The position numbers and the translations under genes were made by a program. Shown in pieces: positions 52,735 to 64,000 of a stretch of DNA of 64,000 nucleotides. Positions within the stretch are counted from its first letter, which is position 1, and each line of letters opens with the position of its first letter. The notes under the pieces are model-generated. The model searched no databases. It saw nothing but the letters and a program-made list of their open reading frames with translations, and was not told where the DNA came from. The DNA comes from Octopus vulgaris (lineage: Eukaryota): the NCBI GenBank assembly GCA_951406725.2, contig OX597818.1, positions 65,410,001-65,474,000 on the forward strand, given 5' to 3'.

Positions 52735-53850
52735 TGTATGGAGGCACACCACATAATCTCGGACATGATAGATTCCCAGCTAGTCTCCTGAAGGAATGTA
52801 GACACCAACTTGCAGTCTCTCTGACCAACCTCTAGAGAAATTCTTTAGACTCAGGTTATACACTGGAATAGCACTCATCCCTGTCTGTCATACCGGTTTT
52901 CAAACAGGGAGATTGATCCCTCGCACCCAACTATCGCCTAATATCACTCATTACTCCCACCCATATTATAAATGTGTTGAAATTGTGGTGTCATCATGGA
53001 TAGCTAAATTCAAACCAGTATGGCTTTTGCTGCGGCAGAGACTAACACAACTCTTACATCACATCAATGATATCCTTAAAACCTTGGGATCAGGTTCGAA
53101 CTCTTATGTCATATATCTTTACTTCAGTAAAGCGTTCGACAGATTCAACCATAATATCCTTCTCTGAAAATTGTCAAATGTTGGAATCCGCGAAAAACTA
53201 TCACAGTGGATTCAGGATTTCCTGGAGATGAGAACACAACCTCTTGCGATCGGTGGAATCCGCTCACGTCCAGCAAATATATTTGGCCCGCTCCTCTTTA
53301 TAATTGATATAAACAACCTTTCCAGTCTCATAATACACAGCAAATTGAATGAAGAAGACAGAACTGAGTTCGAGTCTGATCTACATCCTGTGAGTCAATG
53401 AGCAGACAAAAACAAAATGCAAGTAAAAGAAGGAAAATTTCTGTTGAGGCATTTTGGAAGAAAGACTATGCTTAAACAGCCATACTATCTTCCTTCAAGG
53501 GAACAACTCGCAGCATCTAAAATATCAGAGACTTAGGAGTTATTGTGGATAACAATCACACCTGGAGTGGCTACATCAACAATAAGTTCGATATAGCTCG
53601 TACTATGAACTCCTGGATCCTAATGACCGTCCGATCCAGTGAACAAAGTATCATTATCCATCTGTCCTCATCCTTTGATGCCCCCTGTGCTTTTCCCATT
53701 CGAAATAAAACATTCCGTAAACTGAAACACCCCAGAGATCATTCACTAAAAGATTTAAGTGCATGACCGATCTCGATACATCATTTGCACGATGTAGAGA
53801 ATATACCACCAGCATTGCCCAAACGACTTCAACTTAACCTGAATGACTAT
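52735..53850 (+). mobile_element. CR1-group LINE ORF2 remnant
   Basis: GHDRFPASLLKEC, LTQLLHH..YVIYLYFSKAFDRFNHNILL, FGPLLFIIDIN, RDLGVIVD..SWILMT. Confidence 0.85.
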
Positions 53851-53869
53851 ATATAAAAAAAAAGTGAGT

Positions 53870-54101
53870 GTGTATCTTTTTCTTTACTACCCACAAGGGG
53901 CTAAACACAGAGGGGACAAACAAGCACAGACAAACGGATTAAGTCGATTAGATCGACCCCAGTGCGTAACTGGTACTTATTTAATCGACACTGAAAGGAT
54001 GAAAGGCAAAGTCGACCTCGGTGGAATTTGAACTGAGAACATAGTGGCAGATGAAATACGGCTACGCATTTCGCCCGGCGTGCTAATGTTTCTGCCAGCT
54101 C
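53870..54101 (-). mobile_element. SINE family B
   Basis: Reverse complement of the first unit at 45980-46190. Confidence 0.88.
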
Positions 54102-54887
54102 GTGTGTATTCTTATGTGTCTGTATGTATATGTATGAGTGTATGTGTGCGTGTGTTAACATTGTTATTTCCAATTCAACTAGCTCCAATATGTTTGTGTA
54201 TAACTACCCATAAACCTATGGAAAATAGAACTTATTATTGAAAAGGTCAGGCATTTCACCTCATAAATTAAACTTTATTTGTTTCAGCATCCTTTTTAGT
54301 AAGATTAACGTCACATCTATTATCTCAGTACAAATCCTCCGATTCTTATATTACCATTATAGAAGCAATGTTCAATAATGCCATCGTTACAGTTTGTAAG
54401 CAAAACAGCTTACATTATGTCTACGTGCTGATGGACCGTGATTAGGCTACGAATTACAAACTAATTCTGTTATCTGAAATTTGAAATCCCAGTTATCTTT
54501 CAAATTTGAGACAATTTCGCAGCTATTTCGTTTCGCGAAGTCCAAGATAAGGAAAATTTCATTAGCGGTATGACAAGATGAAGAAATAGAAGCGGTAGAC
54601 ATCTTTGAGTATTTTCGTATTAACGTGAAAATGAAGCATTTAAGTCGTTCAATTATCTGTTATATAGAAGTCGTTCACTTGTTTAGAATTGTTGTGAAGT
54701 ATTCACGTTAAAATAACTTTGTATTGTTGGTGTGGTGAAATGGCACATTAGATGTTTGCATCTGCTCCCGTACACACACACACACACACACAAGCACACA
54801 CATACGTACGCGAACACACGCATGCAAACATACTTATGTACACACATACATACGTAGATATATATATGTCTCACCGTTGATCAATAA

Positions 54888-54961
<74 letters not shown>

Positions 54962-55070
54962 ATATATATATATATATATATATAATACTTTTGATATATA
55001 TTTAAAATAATATAAATTAATTTTATGTATTGGCTTATGTTTTTCATTGTTTGATTTTATCTCTAATTTA

Positions 55071-55093
<23 letters not shown>

Positions 55094-55115
<22 letters not shown>

Positions 55116-55235
55116 TCTCTTTTACTTGTTTCAATCATTAGACTGTGGCCCTGCTGGAGCACAGCCTTTAAACGAAAAGATAGACGAAATACCGTTAAGC
55201 ATATCGCCCAGCGCGCTAACGTTTCTTCCAACTGG
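55094..55235 (-). mobile_element. Chimeric SINE: family B head fused to family A tail
   Basis: Minus: gaaacgttagcgcgctgggcgatatgcttaacggtatttcgtct + taaaggctgtgctccagcagggccacagtc..tgaaacaagtaaaagag. Confidence 0.7.
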
Positions 55236-55589
55236 TGTAACGTTTCGTGAATCTAATCCCCTAAGAATGTATCTATAGCTTACTAGACCAGCCACCAAAG
55301 AGCTTGTTTTTTCAGTGAACTTCATGCAGCTCTTACTGCGTGACTCTTATCGGTCCCCTGAAACACTTTGTGTTGGGTGCCCATCCCTTCAATAAAATTT
55401 CGTAATCTACGCACCTTTTATTCATAACCATATTTTACTTTATTCTATCTGAAGTTCAAAATTGCACATTATCCTACAGAACATCTTTAAATGTACAAGT
55501 TGAATTTATTTATCTCTATTAAAAATATCAGTAAGTAAAACTTCCCGACATAAATAAAAGAGCACTTTTATAATCCAGACACATTTCAG

Positions 55590-55915
55590 ACAAACACGTC
55601 GCGTTTTCGATTCGTGAAGTCATCGATGAGTTCAGAATAATCAACCTGAAAGCAATTTCGAGTTCAACAGATATCATAGACAATCCAGAAATGCTGGTGC
55701 ACGTTTCGTGGTACAATGTAATACTTTTACGAGAACTTTTGCAGGTGCAATGCATTACCATCTTCTGTCTTGAAATTTTCAGTTAATATAGCAAGTTTAA
55801 TTCTTGTTCAACATCTTAACCAAAGTAAATCGATAACTCATCTACGTACTTTGATCTTAACATGGGGCCCCTCCACCGAGGCCACAGGGTTTTCTGGGGC
55901 TTAGCAGCGGCCCTG
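55590..55915 (-). mobile_element. hAT-derived element: C-terminal dimerisation-domain remnant and CAGGGCCG-type terminus
   Basis: SGLSMISVELEIA / DYSELIDDFTNRK (cf. RLSGLA.ISIE...IDDFA..K); the end reads cagggccgct on minus with a ggggccc subterminal motif. Confidence 0.6.
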
Positions 55916-56131
55916 CATTTATATCAAGCTAATTACATTGTAATATATAGATATGTAGTATCATACATGATTATACGTTTAAGCATATACATGCACACGC
56001 ACCAAATGTACGCACGTTTATTTAAATATAGTTGATGTATACACATTGAAAAAGAAGTCCACGGTAAGTAATTATCTGCTCAGTTGGGAACTGGTAGTTA
56101 AACACGTTCGGATTCTTAGATTTTACTGTTT

Positions 56132-56348
56132 AAGGCGGCGAGATGGCAGAATTGTTAGCACGCCGGGAAAACTGCCTAGCCGCATTTCTTCTGGCATTAC
56201 GTTCTGAGTTCAAATTCCGCCGAGTTCGATTTTGCTTTTCATCTTTTCGGGGTCGATAAGTAAAATGCCAGTGAATCACTGGGATTGATGCAATCCACTA
56301 GTCCCCTTCCCACAAATTCCAGGCATTGTACCTTTAGTAGAAAAGATA
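56132..56348 (+). mobile_element. SINE family B
   Basis: aaggcggcgagatggcagaattgttagcacgccggg..gagttcaaattccgccgag..ttcggggtcgataa..agtagaaaagat. Confidence 0.88.
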
Positions 56349-57574
56349 AGTTTCTACAGTTAAACATATATTGATGTACAAAACACGCATTGACGCAAAT
56401 GCACACACATACACCCAAACATACATACAGATGCACACACCCACCAACACACACACACACATATATATATATATACATACATACGCACATACATACTCTG
56501 ATTCCCGCATAATGATGTACTTTAAGGCTTTTATTTTAAAAGTTCAAAATGTCTAGAGAAATTCAAATAACAACGCAATATTGTTCAATTTAAAGCTGAT
56601 GCGGAAAAACACTTACAGAAGTAGATAATTCTATTCAAATTTTCTGTTTATTCGTTTAAGTTTGAGATAACGTTCACTTAGTATAGGAAAACAATTTCGA
56701 AATTAGATAAAAGCTTGAAGATAACAAAATTACAAGGCGAGAATAATGTATTTTGCTGAAGATTTACACGTAATTGTAATCTGCTGCCCTTCTTTAAGAT
56801 GAACCATATAAAGTAGTGGAAAAGAATAGAGAGAATTATGTTGAGAATATAGAAGCAATTATATTGTTTCGAATATATATTTTATTAATAATAACCCTTG
56901 CTAACGCAAAGCTATTAATTATTCTTCGTAAATATGTCGCCTTCTTGCCCTGGCTCAATTATTTCGGAATTTCTAGATGAGGGTTGAATATTGAATAAAT
57001 CACATTTGTCCTTTAATATTGATATAAGAAATCTTTCTTACAAACAGACTCCATTTTAAGTCCAGCAATAGTTAACTGCGTCAGATAATGTTAGATAATA
57101 ATTAAGGTTAAACGGTTGTAAAACCACTTTGCTACACTTTTGGATACCCGTCATTTATTCGAATATCTATATAAATAAACAGTAAATTTGTGTCTATCTA
57201 TTTATCTATCTATCTAGTTAAAAAGAAAATAGAAACTTATCTATCTATCTTTCTATCTATCTATCTATATATTTAAAAAGAAAAAAGATAAACTTATCTA
57301 TCTATCTATTTATCTACCTATTTCACTCTCTGTATACAAACAGACACACACACACACACATTGAAAGGTGTCAAAATCTTAAAGCGGAATTACTGGCGTT
57401 TACTATTCTTGTCAGAGGCGTAATGAAGTGAGAGTGGATAAGGCGGGAGTGAAGACTATATATGGATATATATAATAGTGCATTTTAAGCAAAATGGGTG
57501 ATGAGTTTTCGATGAAACATCTACAATTATAAGCGCATAAAATCAGATTAAGAGAGAAAAGTGTATAGACTAAC

Positions 57575-57947
57575 AGGTGTCACTGTGTGTTATGAAGTTT
57601 GTTCCCCAAACACGTTTCCGGAATCTGTCCCTCTGTGGGTAAATTGAGCAAGTGTCTTCTACTATAGCTGCGGGCCGACCAAAGCCTTGTTAGTGGATTT
57701 GGGAGGCGAAAACTAAGAATCCTATTGTGTGTGTGTGTGTAGTTATGATTCTGCCCCGCCACCGGTGGAGATGAGGTTTTGGTTTGTGTATGTCCCTGTA
57801 ACATAGCAGTGTCGCAAAGACCACGTTAGAATAAGCACAAGACGTTAAAAATGATCCTGTGATCAATTCGATCGACTAAAGATCTTCAAGGAGGTGCCCT
57901 AGCATTACCGCTTTCTAATGAGAGAAACAAGTGAAAAAGGAAAGAGT
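57575..57947 (+). mobile_element. SINE family A, diverged
   Basis: gcaagtgtcttctactatagc..ggccgaccaaagccttgt..gaaacaagtgaaaa. Confidence 0.8.
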
Positions 57948-58551
57948 AATTAAACAAATAAATAATTGAATTAAAGATTTAATGAATCAGGTAGACCTAA
58001 TTAATATTTCGCCTCATCGTATACTCGATACACACAGACAGAGGAATAGGAAGCCGATATAGCAATATATCACATGGCTATGTCGTCATATTTGACACCA
58101 GAACAAACAGATGAATGAGAACAAAAGATCCTCGTGTGAGGATGAAGGTGTTATATGTTATGTGCGTTGGCATTCTCGTGAACGAATATCTATTGAAATA
58201 AATTTACTCAGGGAAGTGTAATAGATACAATTTAATTGAAGAAAATAATTGGGGCGTTTTCTATGAAGACATTAAAAAATTAATAATACATGGCATTTAT
58301 TTTACAAATATGGGTAATTTAGGAAGGAAGAGGGGAGATGGAGTGGAAATGGAAAAAAAATATGTTGCAATGTAGGACCTACATTGTAGGCAGATGTGTG
58401 GTAAATGAGAAAATGTATTTCACTGGGAAAGCAAAACATTGAGGAAGTGAGAGAAACGGGATACGGTTTCAAGTGTGGCATGGATAAAAAGTAGGTGACG
58501 GGGTAACAAGGTTTACAAAGGAAAACAAAGCAGCTTATATTGGTAGGTGTA

Positions 58552-58604
<53 letters not shown>

Positions 58605-58945
58605 ATGTGTGTGTGTGCATAAAATCACTTTCCCACTGCACATCATCGATTAAAGTTACATTGGCATAGGGAAGTATTTGTTCTCCAGCATAGTGAATAA
58701 AATCCTCTGTAATGACTGGTATTGATACAAGCCAGGTGAGAGGAATTGCTATGTTCTCTGCATAAATGCAATCAAAGAATATTTTGGAAAAATATTGTAT
58801 TAGTTATTTTCTTCGCAGAAAATGTGCGCTACTTGACGTATAGAGAGAAAAAAACCCGAATGCAACAGGTCGTATGAGTGTCGTGAAGAATGCTATTGGA
58901 CAACGAACTTAACTCCCTTATAAAGGCACCCATATACTCCATACG

Positions 58946-58982
<37 letters not shown>

Positions 58983-58985
<3 letters not shown>

Positions 58986-59376
58986 TTATATATAAAAGTA
59001 AGGTTGTGTGTCTATCTCCTACGATTTAGATTCCTAACTACTCCCACATTTTGCGGTGCAGTTTAACCAAAACCGGGTATCTTATAGTCGTGATTCATAT
59101 CGAGCCCTTCTGGGTATTAGCGCGCGTCTACAATGAGTCTACGATTTATAAAAAAAAATACCATAATTTTTTTCCATTTTAATTTATGTTTTCGCTATTA
59201 TATAAGGGAAGTAACTCTCTAAAAATGTCTACGACGAGTCAACGATTTAAAAAAAAATTACCATCATTTTTTCCATTTTTAATGCATTTTTTTGCTAATT
59301 TTTGGCTATAACTCTCTAAAAATACTTATATAGTTATTTCCCTTACAAATCCGAGCAACGCCGGGCGTTACTACTA

Positions 59377-59377
<1 letters not shown>
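58983..59377 (+). mobile_element. Non-autonomous Helitron
   Basis: A|TC 5' end, GC-rich subterminal hairpin ccgagcaacgccggg, CTAG|T 3' end, no TSD, internal tandem duplication, inserted in (TA)n. Confidence 0.85.
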
Positions 59378-59408
<31 letters not shown>

Positions 59409-59415
<7 letters not shown>

Positions 59416-59920
59416 ACATATTAAATGCGAAAACTAGTTTCTGTGTGCCAGTGTGTCACAATTCAACCCCCTCTCTCACTATTCATTGACACTCTTACTA
59501 TTGCTCATGTGGGGTGATAGTAATAGTATGAGCTATAGTCGTGATAGATGCGGAGGCGAAGGTGATGGTGGTGGTGGTGCCGTGAAGCTTCTGAATGGTG
59601 TGTGCATCTCAAGTGTGGTGGCGATGGTATTGGTACTGGTGATAGTTGAAAACAATCAACAGAAATGGAGAGAGAGAGAGAGAGAGAGGTTAGATACAAA
59701 GCAAATTACTGACCTCTGAATGGGAAGACAACAAATATTGTTTATCATGCGGCTTTGCAAGAAGTTCCAAATCGACAAATTATATCATTGCTTAATGAAA
59801 ATTGTACATTGCAAAATATTGGTCAAGTTTAATAAAATTGAATATGTACTCAATCCATGAAGTGTTAATGTTGAGGAGCCCTCCACAAGAGCGAGCTTAT
59901 AATCCGCCCGATACGGCTAG
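59409..59920 (+). mobile_element. Possible second non-autonomous Helitron
   Basis: Helitron-like start (tataac..attaaatgcgaaa..ctgtgtg) and end gcgagct..ccgcccgatacggCTAG|T. Confidence 0.45.
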
Positions 59921-59936
59921 TGTATATATATAAATA

Positions 59937-60077
59937 TAAGGTTGTCCCAAAAGTTCGTAGAAAATCTTGGAAAATAATAGTCCTTATTTTGAGGAATAAT
60001 TTTTGTGGTTTTTGTTAGTACTTGGCGAGTAAAAATTCAATTTTCGCAAGTGTTTACGAACTTTTGGGACAACCTAA
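59937..60077. mobile_element. Tc1/mariner MITE with ~23-bp TIRs and TA TSD
   Basis: ta|taaggttgtcccaaaagttcgta ... tacgaacttttgggacaacctaa|ta. Confidence 0.9.
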
Positions 60078-60979
60078 TATATATATATGAGTATATGAGT
60101 GTGTGTTTATGTATGTGTCTGTGTATCTCTCTATATATATTCATGCGCACACATATAGGTAAATTTCCAGATTAGGTTGTTAGGGATACACCAGCCACGC
60201 GGATTGCAGCGGAAACATATGTATATGCAGAATTGGAAAAAGTTGATTGACTGCACAATAAAACTGAATATATAAACGTCTGCTTTTCTTCTAATTAATA
60301 TGTGCGTGTGCGTGTGCGTGTGCGCGTGTGAGTGTATACAGAGAGATATAGTGGACTTATATGCATGTGAACACAAACACATCCATTTACACACCTGTAT
60401 ATTTGTATTCAACAATAGCCCAAATATCATTTAACACAGGTACAAGCACAAAGAAAATGGTTTAATCTTCTCTTTTCGTCGGCTTCTGAGATTATGAAAA
60501 AGCTTTTCATACGGCGAGGCGAATGGGGGTGCTGAACTTGAAATGCTTACAATCAGGCACAAAATATCACATATCTTATAGGGCAGACTTCAATATTTAC
60601 CTATAATATGAGTCGTCAGTCACCAACTGGTTGAATTTGAAAAGATGATCAAAAGAAGAAATGTCATTTACCGCAATGCCGCGATATACGAGTTAATTAG
60701 ATTTAAAAAAGTAACTTGTAAAGCTGATGAATGATTTCCTATAGAAGCGGTGATATTTTATGCGTTATGTTATTCCGTTGCAGTGTTGACGCATCAGAAC
60801 CAGTTTTGCCACATGTTGCGACGTTGCGATACACACAAAATGGCTGTTGAACCATTTTTTATTTATTATGAAATAAAACTCGTAAACCAGGGGTGTCCTT
60901 AAGCGAGTCTTCGTAAAATGAGTTATTACTCCACTGCTAAAGCACCTCAGTTAAATTCTCCAACACTCTTGGGATTCTC

Positions 60980-61500
60980 ACTCAATTTAACGAATATAGT
61001 TCATCTTGTCATCCGGGACACCGACAGATCTGACGTTGACATTAAAATCTTTAAAAAATATGCTAACGAAATATATGGCCAATGAAACTGAAGTGGTTGA
61101 GGAAATGTATCCACAAGATCCAGGCAATGAACATACGCCAGGATTTCAAGGTGAAATTTCGCGCAAAATTCTCGAGCGTGTAGAAGGCATATGTATCTGA
61201 ATCAACATATTCATTGTCGTGGTTATTTATATTCGTAGGTACTTATAGTATTCGACATTTCTAAAGGTGTGGCCAAGGCATAGTTGGACAAAAGGCTATA
61301 GGCCAGGGTATTCCATTGCGATGTACGGAAATATAATATAACGTGGCATACATTGGAGGAGGAATAACAACAAGTGGCTTCGACATCGAAAGTGTGTACC
61401 CAAGGAATATCGACGAGAGAGCATATTTTAAGCGAGATCTTGGACATTGAGATAGGATTGAACGATGTGAAAACAGAATAATTTAAACACAATCTTCACA
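60980..61500 (+). mobile_element. Highly decayed LINE RT remnant
   Basis: Loose motif order PGFQGEIS (Q.GF..G.S), FDISKG (LD.SKAFD), VCTQG (VPQG). Confidence 0.35.
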
Positions 61501-61734
61501 TGACTGAAAATGTTAGAAATCGCTCAAACGGGATTGGTCCACCCGAAATTCTCGAGTGATATTAATGAGATCCATTGGTACATGTTCAAAACGATGTCAA
61601 TGTGATATAATTAAGACAAAATGTCCAGCTGATATTGAAGATAGGTTGTAAATGTGGGCGGGTTACAAGGAATAAAGATCCAGGCATGTATAAGAGCATC
61701 TGAGAGCTTGATGTATATAAAGACAAAGCAAAAT

Positions 61735-61906
61735 ATACATAGATGCACACACACGTACAGACATACCTACTACATATCTATAGACACATACACACACATA
61801 TGTATGTGTGTTAATGTTTGTGCGCGCGTGTGAGTGTGTGCGAAAAACCCATCAAAATGCATATGTATATAATTACGCACATAAATATATCCATATATAT
61901 TTATAT

Positions 61907-61991
<85 letters not shown>

Positions 61992-62000
61992 TGTATATAT

Positions 62001-62065
<65 letters not shown>

Positions 62066-62157
62066 TACATATATGTATATATACACATATATCTCTCTCT
62101 CTATATATATATACATATATACATATACATACACACAAATATACATATATACACATA
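61735..62157. repeat. Compound (TA)n/(CA)n microsatellite
   Basis: Directly visible. Confidence 0.95.
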
Positions 62158-62427
62158 CATGGGCCCGGTTTCCCGTTTTCTATGGCGTATGTGTTCTCCC
62201 ACCGCAGCTAGACTGGACGCAATTCCATCGCAGTGTTACTCAAGCAACAGGAAGAAAGTGTGAGAGAAAGTTGGGGTGAAAGACTACAACACGGGTCGTC
62301 ACGCCACGCGCCGGGGCCTCGTGGAGCTTTAGTTGTTTTCACTCAATAAATACAAACAGCCCGGTCTACGACTCGAAACCGCCATCCTCCGACCGCGAGT
62401 CCGCTGCGCTAACCACTGAGTCATTGC

Positions 62428-62430
<3 letters not shown>
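62158..62430 (-). mobile_element. SINE family C
   Basis: ccggtttcccg..tgagagaaagttg..cgaccgcgagtccgctgcgctaaccact. Confidence 0.8.
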
Positions 62431-62475
<45 letters not shown>

Positions 62476-63134
62476 TTCGAATGTATTAACCATGCAATTA
62501 TAAATACGAGTATTCTATATTTGTAGTAGATATATATTTTAACTCCATGCTACTCTTCCATATTTTTACACTTAAAAATGTAATCTTAATTCAAGTAGAA
62601 TGCTATATATTACACACGATTACAGTCACACACTCACACACACTCACACTCGAATATATCCATATGTGTATACATACAATTATTCATAATGCAAATATAT
62701 AATTATATAAAATTCATGGTCACGAGTGCTGAGACGTGTGTATTTGTCATTATATGTGTATATTTCAAGTTTTCTTCGTGCATGCTCGTACGGACGATAT
62801 GTCATATTTAGAAGAACATCTTACTTGCAGAGCTGCTGAAATTGTTCCATATTTATTCATTCATTTTAAAAGTTAAGTGTTGTGAGAAACGAGATGCAAC
62901 GTTCAATTATCTGAGTTTAATTGAATAAAATATTGGTGCAGAAATCTTCGATATATTCTATAATGTATTTAGATGGTCGTTCGAGAAAGGCTGCAGCAAA
63001 TAACACGTGATAAACTTCGAAAATACAGCAAAGAAAGTGTGAAAAATATCAACAACACTTCTGTAAAAATGTACGCGAAATATATTCTATAATGATTGAG
63101 ATATGGATAGAGTACGAAACTTCCTATTAGATAG

Positions 63135-63275
63135 GTGCAGGTGAGGCGGTGGCGTAAGAAGCTTCGCTTCCCAACCTGGTTCAGTCCTACTCAGTGATAT
63201 CTTGGGTAAATTGCCTCTACTGTAAGCAGGAGTCGACCAAATCCTTGTAAAGGAAACTGAGAAAAGCACGACGTT
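63135..63275 (+). mobile_element. SINE family A head fragment
   Basis: gtgcagg..gtaagaagcttcgcttcccaac..ggttcagtcc..cttggg..gaccaaa..ggaaactga. Confidence 0.6.
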
Positions 63276-63292
63276 TATACATTTATACATAC

Positions 63293-63335
<43 letters not shown>

Positions 63336-63345
63336 TACAGGAAAG

Positions 63346-63560
63346 AATCGCCATGTTGAATCGCTAGCTTCTGCACGCATTTTCTCTCTCCTTGTTTCTC
63401 TCCGTGTTTCTTTTCTGTGTATCTTTCTGTTGAAGAGCGTAGGCTCGAAACGTAAAAGACTTGTTTTATTTATATTCCTGAGCGCCATACTAATACAATT
63501 GTTTGTTTTTACTCCACCTGCCTTCGTCTTTTGTTAATTTTCATAAAGCTTCCCGTTATA
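63346..63560 (+). mobile_element. Penelope-like terminus flanked by (TA)n (same family as 44369-44630)
   Basis: Homology to 44369-44590; ends cttcccgt|tatata. Confidence 0.75.
63422..63459 (+). ncRNA. Minimal hammerhead-like motif with variant core CUGUUGA
   Basis: tcttt-CTGTTGA-a gagc gtag gctc-GAAAC GT A-aaaga. Confidence 0.55.
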
Positions 63561-63580
63561 TATATATAGAAAAGCACGAC

Positions 63581-63649
<69 letters not shown>

Positions 63650-63725
63650 CATACATACTTACATATATATAAATATATATTTATACATACATGTAAATGT
63701 ATATGTATATGTGTGTGTATATAAA

Positions 63726-64000
63726 CTAGCAGGGATTCCCGTCATTACTCGGGATTGAAATGACATATCCATATATATGTATTACACTTATATTGAAACG
63801 AGCTATGGAACGTGCAACGTTGACGACAACACATTTATCTAGTAAATGACGTGCTAATTCGTCTAAGTGACATGTCATGCGTTCGTTTGGAGGAATCCAG
63901 GCCCGGACAGGTTAATGTAAGTTTAGGTGTGGGGTGTATGAGATTTTTGAACTCATTGAAAAGTTGTCAGTGGATGTATTCTTGTTTGCGGTGGACGGCG
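63726..64000 (-). mobile_element. Helitron 3' end (may continue beyond the window)
   Basis: Minus: atcccg agtaatga cgggaatccctg CTAG|T (hairpin plus CTAG). Confidence 0.65.

Noticed and set aside
55230-55330. GAAAC GTT on minus as a hammerhead half
   Set aside because: No matching core or stem II.
58320-58720. Weak CR1 3'-end-like peptides (FKCGMDK; IGKYLFS)
   Set aside because: Too short and decayed to call.

Overview
AT-rich eukaryotic, non-genic (intronic or intergenic) DNA. The SINE families and the extreme (TA)n/(CA)n/(TCTA)n/(AAT)n density suggest a coleoid cephalopod, most likely Octopus (inference from family recognition, not a search). I could not recognise any host protein-coding exon, rRNA, true tRNA or CRISPR array. 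Most ORF-track entries are microsatellite artefacts; the rest are transposon remnants. Contents: at least four tRNA-derived SINE families, degenerate CR1-group and RTE LINEs, one young 5'-truncated CR1, a maT/DD37D element with a nested mariner derivative, Tigger/pogo and hAT remnants, non-autonomous Helitrons, a mariner MITE and a 113-bp solo LTR. The most striking signal is a set of short, mostly non-coding elements carrying type-I minimal hammerhead ribozymes: 4 canonical cores, 3 variant cores and several decayed or half copies. Their 3' ends almost always abut (TA)n microsatellites, and several form long palindromes. One lies downstream of a Penelope GIY-YIG C-terminal fragment. I interpret them as termini of microsatellite-targeting Penelope-like retroelements or retrozyme-like units. 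All folds and alignments were done by eye, and many element boundaries are approximate.
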